Part shown: piece by piece, positions 42,220 to 53,083 of the stretch | Position numbering within the stretch: position 1 is the first letter of the stretch | Layout of the letters: each line of letters opens with the position of its first letter | Source of the DNA: the human T2T-CHM13v2.0 reference genome, Homo sapiens | Assembly (NCBI RefSeq): GCF_009914755.1 | Contig: NC_060931.1 | Direction: 5' to 3' (one strand) | DNA: 64,000 bases | Notes under the pieces: generated by a model | Told to the model about the DNA's origin: nothing | Seen by the model: only the letters and a program-made list of their open reading frames with translations | The model's database searches: none | Program-made: the position numbers and the translations under genes

Positions 42220-42475
42220 GATTTTTAATTTTTATTTTCATAGATTAAGGGGGTATAAGTGCAGTTGTGTTACATGGATATATTGTGTAGTGGTGAAGTC
42301 TGGGCATTTAGTGTCGCCATCACCCAAATAATGTACACTGTACCCAATAGGTAGTATTTCATTCCTCACCCTTCTCCCACCCTTTCACCTTTTGAAGTCA
42401 CCAATGTCTATGATTCCACTCTACATGTCTATGTGCATCCATTGTTTAGCTTCTACTTAGAAGTCAGAACACAGG
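42220..42475 (-). mobile_element. L1MA 3' end
   Basis: gggggtataagtgcagttgtgttacatggatatattgtgtagtggtgaagtctggg. Confidence 0.75.
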
Positions 42476-43815
42476 CATCAGATTTGATCTGGGTCCTGAT
42501 ATTTAATTCAAAAAGAGAATCAAAGTAAATTACTCAGTTGTAGTTATTTAAAAGGAGAAAACTTACCCATTTCTTATGATTAGTATTTCTTCAAAGTGTC
42601 TAATCATTAATTATCTGAAATACTTACTTAAAATACAGATCACTGGCTCCTCTCCTGATGATTCTGATTTGGGGGGGTCTGAAATAGGAGGAACCAGGAA
42701 TCTATACATTTACAAGCATTAACAGGTGATTCTCATCATTAGCCAAGTTTGGAAAACCACAATTAAAGGTGAGGTTCGCAGAGGCCCTAGTGCCTCAGTA
42801 CTTTTTCATGGTACCTCAGGCCAAAATAAATAGCCAACATTTCTATTTATGAAATTGATAGATCCAAACTTGATAGTTGTAGTTGTTAATATGGTCCAAC
42901 AGATGTCACTGTGTTTCCCTCAAAAAGTTAAACTATCCCACAGAACCCCTAGGAATTCTGAGGCACCCCAGAGCACTATTTACAAGCTACAGCCTAAAGG
43001 GAATTTTTTTCTGGCATAGAATGTAAGTAAAAGCTCTGAATGGGCCTTCTATAAGATCAGGCAACAAAGTGAACCTTGTGTTCCACAAATTCCATTGCTT
43101 TTAATATCATTTGTTGCTGTTTTCATATGGTTTTTATATATAGAACAGGCACACCAAACATTTTTCTACAGAGGCAGAGAGCACATTTATTTTGTATGTG
43201 TGTGTTGTGGGGGGCATAGATGATCTTGATTGCATATTCTTTTCTTATCCATTCTCTTGCAGCCCTTTAAACTTGTAAAAACCATTCTTATCTCCTGAAT
43301 TTGACCTACAGGCTGCAGTTTGCCAACCACTACTGTAGTTTTAAAACCTAGGGTATAACATTAAAGTGCAATTCAGTGAGGACGATTCTGCAAGATTGGA
43401 AGCCCTCAGTGTTTTTGTTTTCCTTTTTTCCCTTTTTGCTCCAGGGAAGACTGTGCAAGGAACACTGGAAGGACTTAGTGATTTCAAAACTACTGTAAAC
43501 AGAGGGTGGCCACAGAATTTTCTTGCTCTAAATTCTTGACTTAAGGAGAATCTGCAAGTTATCCCAGTTTAATAAAGAATCCCTATTGAATTTCCAATAA
43601 AAGGAAATAGGTTATTGCACTAAGCCCTTTATCAATTATTAGCTGATTATGTGAATGGCTAATGAGATTTCACAATTATAACTAATCAGGCAATCCTTAG
43701 TTTATAATAGATTCATGTTTATAGAATATGCCATTTGATATTTCTAGCTCTTATTCCCAAAATTAGTGTGGCTGTCTTGAGATTATGCATTGTGCTCAGA
43801 ACTTAGGTTTTTACG

Positions 43816-44050
43816 TCGTTTTTTGTTTTTGTTTTTGTTGTTTTTGAGACGGAGTTTCGCTCTTGTTGCCCAGGCTGGAGTGCAATGCCGCTATCTCGGC
43901 TCGGCAACCTCCGCCTCCCGGGCTCGAGCGATTCTCCTGCTTCAGTCTCCTGAGTAGCTGTGATTACAGGCGCCCGCCACCACGCCTGGCTAATTTTTTG
44001 TGTTTTTCGTAGAGATGGGGTTTCCCCACGTTGGCCAGGTTGGTCTCGAC
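43816..44050 (-). mobile_element. 5'-truncated Alu
   Basis: Right arm plus part of the left arm, ending at ggtctcga. Confidence 0.9.
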
Positions 44051-44614
44051 TTTTTAAAGAATCCGGTATGACAAGTATGCATGTTCCTGTGCTAGTCATA
44101 AAAGAAATAAATATCACTGGCAATAGCGGTCTTGAGAAAAACTAGGATATTTCTTGAGGAAACTCCAATCCATATTTAAAAAGAAAAAAAGCACACTTTT
44201 AAAAAAGTGTACCATATAGGTTCTTCCAAGTTACAGTCTTACAGCCTTCACCAAAAAGATGTTTGTCGATTAAAGCTTTCCTACAACTTCAAGTCATTAC
44301 TTCTTTTGCAGGTTGTCATAAGCACCCTGAAATTACCGCTGAAAACATTTTATAAATTTAGTCATCCATAGAGACTCCAATATTCCACAAGGGCAGGGAC
44401 AGTGTATTTTGCTCACCATTTTATCCCCAAGCACACAGAATTGTGTCTACTGCCTATTAGGTGTTCAATAAATATTTGTGAACTTATTGATCAAAGACAA
44501 AATTTAGTCAGAATCATCCAATGAAAAGCATTTTGCATTTGATGACTAGTAGACTTAGATGAACAGTTCCAGGACCACCACTAATTTTCCTTGGGTCATT
44601 AGAAACATCCCTTT

Positions 44615-45406
44615 GGGGCTGCGGAGAGAAAATCCAATCTGGCCGCTGCCCCACAGCCCCTTTCTGTTCGGCGCGTTTGCCTCGCCGTTCTGATGGAGGA
44701 GGAGGTGGAGGTGGAGGAGCAGCAGCGATTTTCTTAGCCATTTTCTTACCAACAGAGGCCAAAGGAGGCAGCAGTGGACTACACTGTGGGTTGTCTTTGC
44801 GAGGAAGTGGCATTGGGCAGAGATGCAGTTCAGCAAACTTATCATTGCAGCAATTTCGGAGCTGACTTTTCGACAGTGCAAGATCTAGAAATGTGTGCAA
44901 GACATGCGAAAACAACCACCATTAACACTGAAGATGTGAAGCTCTTAGCCAGAAGGAGTAATTCACCGCTAAAATACATTCAGACAAAAGTGAAGAGCTT
45001 GCGCAGATTAACCTAGAACGAAAGGCACAGAAGACAAAGAAGAGGATGGAAACAAAAATGCAAGGGAGCCAGCAGAGGCTGGAGTACAGGAAAGTTAAGA
45101 ATTAAACTCTCCCGCTGCTTGGAAAATGCAGCTTTCTGCAGGTAGAGCCACCTAGTATGTATATGGCCACAAAGGGAATTTTGAAGGGATAAATAGAGAT
45201 TAAAAAAAAAAAAAAGGCTAGATGGCTTTTTGTGTTGTATTTTCCAAGTCGTTAACTGCAAACGCTAGTTTTAAAGAGAACTGGACACTCAATCAAAATA
45301 CTCCTGTCTCACTCCAGCACATACAAATGGTGTAGTTGAATGGTATATTGGAAATTATATCTATTGCAATTAAAATTGTGTGAGCAATTTGAAAGAAAAG
45401 AAAAAA
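44615..45406 (+). pseudogene. Processed pseudogene of CENPS (APITD1/MHF1, histone-fold centromere protein S)
   Basis: ATG at 44693 MEEEVEVEEQQRFS*, then YTVGCLCEEVAL, DLEMCARHAKTTTINTEDVKLLARRSNSPLKYI across frameshifts. Intronless, 3'UTR with ATTAAA at 45369, A-rich tail 45391-45406, and perfect 14-bp TSD AGAAACATCCCTTT at 44601-44614 and 45407-45420. Confidence 0.93.
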
Positions 45407-45479
45407 AGAAACATCCCTTTCATCTTTCAGAGTGTATTTCCTTATGTGTCAAACTGGAATATTTCTATCTGTGGCCAGT

Positions 45480-46800
45480 TCCCCGGGATGCTGCTAGAAA
45501 CACGTGAGACAGCGCGTTCATTTGCTCTACAAAAAGCGAATGAAGGCGCAGTTACCAGGCCAGTCAACCCAGGCTGTTTAAGGTCAACTACTGGGGGACT
45601 TCCACGTCACCTCGATATATACGTAACGCGTGTGTGCCGTAACCCGTGAACTATGGAATCCCTAACCGCGAATCACGTGGCTGCTGCCCCGCGGACGCCC
45701 TAGACGACGTGAGGGAAGGCGGTGCCGGGCGGGGCCTGTGCCAGGCTGGCGGGCCGCCGCAGACAGAGCTACCCGGAGCAACCGTTCAGGGGTGAGGCCG
45801 GAAGTCCCATCCGACCTCGCGGGCAGCCAGCGCTAGGCCGATTCGAACTCGACCTTGTTTTGGCGTTGCTAGGAGACGCGGCTCCTGCGCGCCCCCTACA
45901 GGCCGGCGCCCGGGCGGCGCGCGGGCAGGGGGCGGGGACTGTCGCGTGGAGCTGCCGGGCGAGCACCGTTAGGGCAGCCTGGCGCGCGGCGCCCGCCAGG
46001 CGCCCAGTCCTCTGCCATCGCCCACGCCTCCCTGGTGCCAGGGAACAGGTATCAGCGCGCCTCCCCAGCGGCTGGGAGAGACGCTGAATGAAGAAGAGGG
46101 AAGGACGGTTAGTCAGGTGAGCCGCGGCGGGGTGGGCGGCCGGGGCGGCCACGCCCTGCCGAGGGAGAAGAGCCGGTCGTGTGCGGAGGGACAGGGTGAA
46201 GAGATCCCACTTCGGGGAGGATGGGCTTATCCCGGCGGGCGCGCCAGGTGGGATCTCTAGCGCCTCAGGGGCCCGCGCGGCAACAGCCGGCACCCTCGGG
46301 CCCGCGGACAAAGGGTTAACGCGTTGGCAGTGACTGCGGGCCCCGGATGTGAGAGCCTTGGCTTGACGCCCTGGCTGCGCTGCAGGTGCGCCGGGCCGAA
46401 CGGAGCCGGCAGCCTGGCGGCGACCTGACCGCCCGAGGCTCCCCTTCACCTGCAGCGGCTGCTCGGCTCCCTCTGGGAACGCCGCCTTTTCTAACTTAAG
46501 GGCAACAGGTGGTGCCGGTGGACCGAGAGAGAGCTCAGCTCCGCCGCGCTGGGAGCGGCAGTTACCCTCACCAATTAGGGAGCGGGGGCGGGAGTTGCAT
46601 GGCTTCCCTGATGCGGGTGACCAATGGGATTTGGGATCATGAGTGGACCGGGAGGAGTGGGCGTGGTCGGAGTCTGAGTCCAAGGTTTCTCGTGCGGCAA
46701 CTGCCAGAGCTGCTTGGAGAGCTAAGCTGGAAGGGTGCTTATCCCTGCGTAGAAACGCCTGCCAATGCTTTCTCATTTGGACCCAGACTCCAGATCGGGA
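45480..46800. promoter_or_regulatory. ARL4A: CpG island and ARL4A promoter region
   Basis: High GC and CpG density; CCACGTCA at 45602, CACGTG at 45674, GC boxes at about 45727, 46587 and 46659, ETS CCGGAAGT at 45798, CCAAT at 46571 and 46621. Confidence 0.9.
45950..46116 (+). other. ARL4A: Candidate distal non-coding first exon of ARL4A with alternative donors after 46048 and 46116
   Basis: Donor-like CAG|gtatca and CAG|gtgagc inside the CpG island. Start is approximate. Confidence 0.55.
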
Positions 46801-46801
46801 G
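46690..46801 (+). other. ARL4A: Candidate proximal non-coding first exon of ARL4A
   Basis: Follows the CCAAT/GC-box cluster and ends in donor GAG|gtgaga. Start is approximate. Confidence 0.65.
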
Positions 46802-47327
46802 GTGAGAACGTTGTTATTTTGCAAGGGGTAGGAGGTAATAGTGATCTTGGGTATGCTGTTAAGCATGTGGAATTAGATTCCGAAGATAGGACTATCTGCT
46901 ATGAGTTTTCTGCCAGATAGGCACTTTGTGGTTACGGCCACTTAGACCAGATACTGGTGACTGGGTTCTTTCCAGAATGAGGTCTTTGAGGTTTGGGGAC
47001 CCAGGAGAAAAACGTACATATTACTGCAATTTAAGTAAACCAGATAATTTCAATCACTGTTATTCCATCGTTTGTCTTGGACTGTGTGTGTTTTCATGTA
47101 CGTTTCATATCTCGTCTGGTTTGTTTAGCGCAGCAAGTTATAGTAAGTTCTTCGTGTTGTTTATTTTAGCAAAGTAGAGCAAACCTGTTTTAATGTATTA
47201 TTTCGGGAGAATAACTTATTCCTTCTTCCGTCTCCCAGCAGTCTTATAGCTGGATCAGCTACCAAGAGAAGTTCTAAACCAAGAAGAGAAAAGCATTTCA
47301 ATTTGGGACATTTATTTGCACCTGGAA

Positions 47328-47930
47328 ATGGGGAATGGGCTGTCAGACCAGACTTCTATCCTGTCCAACCTGCCTTCATTTCAGTCTTTCCACATTGTTA
47401 TTCTGGGTTTGGACTGTGCTGGAAAGACAACTGTCTTATACAGGCTGCAGTTCAATGAATTTGTAAATACCGTACCTACCAAAGGATTTAACACTGAGAA
47501 AATTAAGGTAACCTTGGGAAATTCTAAAACAGTCACTTTTCACTTCTGGGATGTAGGTGGTCAGGAGAAATTAAGGCCACTGTGGAAGTCATATACCAGA
47601 TGCACAGATGGCATTGTATTTGTTGTGGACTCTGTTGATGTCGAAAGGATGGAAGAAGCCAAAACTGAACTTCACAAAATAACTAGGATATCAGAAAATC
47701 AGGGAGTCCCTGTACTTATAGTTGCTAACAAACAAGATTTGAGGAACTCATTGTCACTTTCAGAAATTGAGAAATTGTTAGCAATGGGTGAACTGAGCTC
47801 ATCAACTCCTTGGCATTTGCAGCCTACCTGTGCAATCATAGGAGATGGCCTAAAGGAAGGACTTGAGAAACTACATGATATGATCATTAAAAGAAGAAAA
47901 ATGTTGCGGCAACAGAAAAAGAAAAGATGA
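47328..47930 (+). CDS. ARL4A: ADP-ribosylation factor-like GTPase 4A, 200 aa, single coding exon
   Basis: [22 protein letters not shown] with Gly2 myristoylation site, G1 [10 protein letters not shown]3 WDVGGQE, G4 NKQD and basic C-terminus [13 protein letters not shown]. Exon acceptor tctcccag|cag at 47239. Confidence 0.98.
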   Translation: MGNGLSDQTSILSNLPSFQSFHIVILGLDCAGKTTVLYRLQFNEFVNTVPTKGFNTEKIKVTLGNSKTVTFHFWDVGGQEKLRPLWKSYTRCTDGIVFVVDSVDVERMEEAKTELHKITRISENQGVPVLIVANKQDLRNSLSLSEIEKLLAMGELSSSTPWHLQPTCAIIGDGLKEGLEKLHDMIIKRRKMLRQQKKKR

Positions 47931-49774
47931 ATATCAGTACCTATTATATCTGTGTGGAGTAGGTTTTCTCTGGTCTGATTTTGACAAATAGAAGAGTGTC
48001 TACAGCGTGGTTTGCCTGTCTGCCCTCCTGGATGCTATTAAAGCTTTGTTTTGTTGAACAATCAGATGCCCAACTCTGTTGCCTTGTGGAAGATGAGTAA
48101 ATGCAGTGCTTCTTAAAGTGGTCTCTTCTCCCTACCCCACAAATCTTTTGGTACTACCATTTGGGGAAGCCAAGCAAGGATAGTAAATTGACCAGAACAC
48201 AGTTGTGGGAATTTGGTCTGAAGTTAGTGAAATAAAACTTTAAAGAGTGTCTGCCTAGTGTTTTGTGCTTACATCTTTCGGGGGGAAGCCTTTGCAAGAA
48301 AATTGCATACAAGGCTTTGTAACGATCAAGTGCTAATCGATGGAAATGTTAAGGTAGATTAACATATATGCAGTTATATTGATCACATTGGTCCAACCAG
48401 TCCTTTTTTGAAGTAAGGGACAAGGAGTAAGTATTTTCTTTTTTAAGTTTCTGCCAAATGATTTTTGACGCTTTCTGGAATCAAGTAATTTAATAGTATA
48501 GCTTAATTCTAGACAATGTTTAAGTTGGTCTACCTTTATTAAAAATAAGATATTTGGGGTATATTCAAGTGCATGGATTAGTTTTCCTGACAAAGCATGT
48601 TTTGGTGTGTAGTCTTACTTTTTAGAAATAGCTATGCATCGTTCTACACAGGTTTAAAACAACTTTTTTGGGGATTTAGGGCTATTATAGGAATAGTTTG
48701 TTGTCAGAAGCACTTTCACTTGAAGAACCTAAAATGATTGACTCATTCATAGTAAATATGGGCATGTAAACTAATAAATATGCACTGGATACATATATGG
48801 ATTTATGAAGAAGGCGATTTAGTCAAGAGGATGTAATTAAAATATGTGGTCTCTAAAATATTCCAGTTACAAGATATTTGTTTTATTAATATTTGCTGGC
48901 TAAAAACAAATGTGGTTTTTATATATTTTTGTAGTGTGTTGAGAAGAGCAAAAGCTTTATAAATATACCTGATGCGCTGTAGAATGAAAATGTAAAAGAT
49001 AACCTGTATGTGTTCCGAGCTTTAATTTTTTGTTTACAAATTGAACAGTGTTACATGGGCTGTCCAGTCCTGATTATAGAGAGGAAGAAATGGTAACAGT
49101 ATGGCAGATAAGAATTACAATTATAGAAAATGAGGGGAAAATAACAAACCTGTTTTATGAAAATTCACTGGTGCTGTTTACATTGGAATAAAAAGCTCTA
49201 TAAGGAGGAAAGGCCTTTATCTAATTCTTATCTACAGACACTTACTTCCAGTGACCATATTTTACTAAATCAGCTTATTTTTTATGTCTAAAGCAACAGC
49301 TGTTCTGAAAAATCACCAAAAGAAATGCACTTTGCTAGCAGGATTTGTTTTGGCTTTGGGTTTTGTTTTTTTGTTTTTTTTTTTTTCAGTGGCATAACAG
49401 TTTTTGGAACCTTGATTCTTGTGTCACACAAAATGAATGAAGTAGCTTGATGTGGAGCCTTCATATGTTAAATATTCCTGCACTAGTGATGGTCACTTAG
49501 AATGTTTATAGAAATGTGGATAATAACTACCAATAAACTACTTGAGGCACTAGGAGAACAGTATTTGACTTTGAATTTTAATGTATTTCCACTTTTGCTG
49601 AAGCTTTTAATCAGATGTGTAAAAACAATTGACCAGCTAGGCTATTTAGTCCCATAGTAGTTCAGATCTGCTTAGATGTGACAGGCATTGAAGGCTGTTT
49701 TTTTTTTTTTTCTCCCTTCACTGATACTTAAATCATGGTATCTGCTGCAAACATGAGTAGATCCTTGATGGATT

Positions 49775-49780
49775 AATAAA
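49775..49780 (+). terminator. ARL4A: Candidate distal ARL4A polyadenylation signal; other AATAAA at 48231, ~48773 and ~49187
   Basis: AATAAA near the end of a long repeat-free 3'UTR-like stretch, followed by a genomic A-run and then GT-rich sequence. Confidence 0.6.
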
Positions 49781-50542
49781 GCTTGCTGAAAAAAAAAATC
49801 TGTGTATCAATTAGATTTACCAGTTTGCCTGTACTTTCTGTCTACCTACTATGTAAAATAGTGCTGTTTTTAAGTATTTCAAAAGCTTGTGTGTTGACCC
49901 TTTGTAGCCTAAGTACGTAAACAAATTAATGTTATCTAAGTTTTTCATATTTCATGGACAACAAAAGAGAAAATGGTATGAACACTGTACAAACTTTGAT
50001 TTATAAAAGACAATTTCAGCTATAAAACCCATCCTAAGATTTTCTAGCTTGCTAAGTTCAAGTTCCCTACCGCCTATTCTAGTTATTAACACTGTAGTAT
50101 AATGAGTCTTTAAATTCTGAAGAGTTTAGACTATGCTTTCATATCTAGTTTCTTCTTATGGCGCACCTTTTCTAGTGCATAGTTCTAAAATATTTTCTTG
50201 TATTTGAAGTTACTTGGTTTAATACAAAATATTAAGGACTGCTCAACTGAATCCAAGTTAATATCAAAGAACAAAGTGTAAGAAAAATAAAACCTTTTGA
50301 TAGTTAAAGATAATTTTTAAAATGTGCAGAGTTCTTAAAATGGTTTATAAATGGTATTCTTAAACCATCAGAAGTTTACTAAGACTTAATCATGGAAAAA
50401 TGAACTAAATCTTTATAGGGAGACAAAAAAATGAAGTTATTAATGTAAATATATATATAATATATAAGAATAATTACTGGTCTGTAAATGAGTGATGGTT
50501 TATCAACAGAGGGAAAGGCATAGACTTTGTTTGTACAAGGCA

Positions 50543-50838
50543 TTTTTTTTTTTTTTTTTTGAGACAGAGTCTTGCTCTCTTGCCCAGGCTGTAGTGCGGT
50601 GGCACAATCTCAGCTTACTACAACCTCTGCCTCCTGTATTCAAGTGATTCTCCTGTCTTAGCTTCCCAAGCAGCTGAGATTACAGGCACACCACCATGCC
50701 CAGCTAATTTTTATTTTTAGTAGAGATGGGGTTTCGCCATGTTGGCCAGGCTGTTCTTGAACTCCTGACCTCAGGTGATCCACCCGCCTCAGCCTCCCAA
50801 AGTGCTGGGATTACAGAAAGTAGCCACCATGCCCAGCC
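50543..50838 (-). mobile_element. AluS element
   Basis: Reverse Alu with TSD tgtacaag(g/a)cattt. Confidence 0.93.
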
Positions 50839-51259
50839 TGTACAAGACATTTGATGCAAGGATTGTTCCATTAATAATTCATGGTGACCTTGAAGGAAAT
50901 CTTTGGTTTTTCAAGATTCTATTTAATACAACAATTTCCTCTGTAATGTAAACAATGATTTCATCAGCGATAATAAAGATGCAAAAAAAGTTTTATCAAA
51001 CTTTATATGATGTAAAACTCAGCATTCAGCTGATGCAATTGAGAATCTTGAGTACACCATCATTTGAAGCTGGAATTTTACCTTTAAGGTTTAAATTTGG
51101 CAGAACATTCTGGAAATGTAAAATCATAATGTTAATATTAAAATCTATGAAGATCAGAAGTAATAGTCTCAACAAACCATAGCCAGAGTATGTATTCAAT
51201 TCTGTGCATGCACATTAAAAATATGGGAATACCTGTACAGGAAGCTAGTTTAGGAGGAT

Positions 51260-51670
51260 GTTAAATGTACTGGCTAAAAACATGAGCTTTGGAGTCAGAT
51301 CAGTGTTCAAATCCTGGCTCTCCCGTTATTACACATGAACCTTTAGCAAATTCCTTGAAACTTATGATGAGAATGCCCTCCTGGTTAAATGAAGACTGTT
51401 TCATAGAATTTTGAGAGTGTTGAAATAACATGTACAAACTTTCACATATTGCCAAGCATTTGATAAAAACTGACCTACTATTGTTAACCAGTAGGAATCA
51501 ATATGTTTATTATTTCATCTGGGGCAATTTACTTGCAGCCTTAGTTTCTTAATTTGTAAAGTGTGGATTATATATATCTACCACTGGGGTATAACTGATT
51601 AAAAGGATTAAATCAAGCAATGATATTTAGCAGAGTAACTGACACTTTAGTAAGCATTCAATTGATAGTT
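51260..51670 (+). mobile_element. Two MIR fragments
   Basis: ctttggagtcagat...ttcaaatcctggctct and gggcaatttacttgcagccttagtttcttaatttgtaaag. Confidence 0.65.
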
Positions 51671-52589
51671 ATTAATAGCCAGAATACCTTATGATCAATG
51701 TATTTAAAGAAAATACTTGTTTTGGCAGGGGAATATAACATAGTGAGCTCATACATGTCACAAAATGGCAACTTGGTGGAACTTAGTGAAAGTCTAAATA
51801 TGCTGAACTCCCTTGAAATATGGATCATTTCAAGGGATCATATGGTACTTAGGTTTCTAAAGTACCAATTTATTGTAACACAATATTATCTTACCTTTCC
51901 CTGTAAGAGATAAAATTTAATTTAAAATCTCGGTTATTTTCTGGTGTAGGCATATATCAAAATACAATACCTCACTTTTCAGACATTAAAATTTGAAACT
52001 ATATATTATGGTTCTTCAAAATGCCTCAAGATTGTTATCGAATGATAAGATCAAATTTGCAGTATCTGTGGGCACATCTGGTTGATGATGGTGGTTGTGT
52101 TTGTGGGTGATTATGTGTGCTGTGTTATTTTCCAGTTACTTTCAGTCTTTGGTCTTGTTTTATGTCTCCTGTTTATGTTGCACTGAAGTGGAGATTACCT
52201 GTATTAGTGGTTGAAGAGAGATGTTGAAGTTGATTCATTTCAGTGAAGGTCTACCTTTAGATAAAATCTTAACTTTTTGTTATGACAGATTTCAATCTTA
52301 TACAGAAGTAGAATAATATAACAAACACCCAAGTATCTGTCATCTAGTTTCATTAATTATCAACTCAGGGCCAATCTGGTTTCCTCTATACTTCCATTCA
52401 CTTCCTTCCATGCCACCTTCCTTTTTCCTCCACTTCTAGATTATTTTGAAGTGAGTTCTGGAAATTACATTTCATTTATAAATAGTGGTATATGTGTCTA
52501 AAAGATAATCACTTAAAAAAATTTCACTCACATGTAAAAAAAATATGCTTCTTCAAAATAACCAAATATCCATCCAGTGTTTAGATTTC

Positions 52590-53083
<494 letters not shown>

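Noticed and set aside
44514-44915. Minus-strand poly-proline ORF
   Set aside because: It is the antisense reading of the GAG/GTG-rich start of the CENPS pseudogene.
44774-45016. 80-aa ORF as a functional CENP-S paralogue
   Set aside because: Non-ATG start, frameshifted relative to the parent, and the authentic ATG frame stops after 14 codons.
45203-45215. A-run as the poly(A) tail of the CENPS retrocopy
   Set aside because: The TSD lies at 45407-45420 after a second A-rich tract preceded by ATTAAA, so this run is internal to the copied 3'UTR.
47316-47327. ORF-track N-terminal extension MHLE of ARL4A (204 aa)
   Set aside because: It starts at TTG. The ATG at 47328 gives the Met-Gly start needed for myristoylation and the expected 200 aa.
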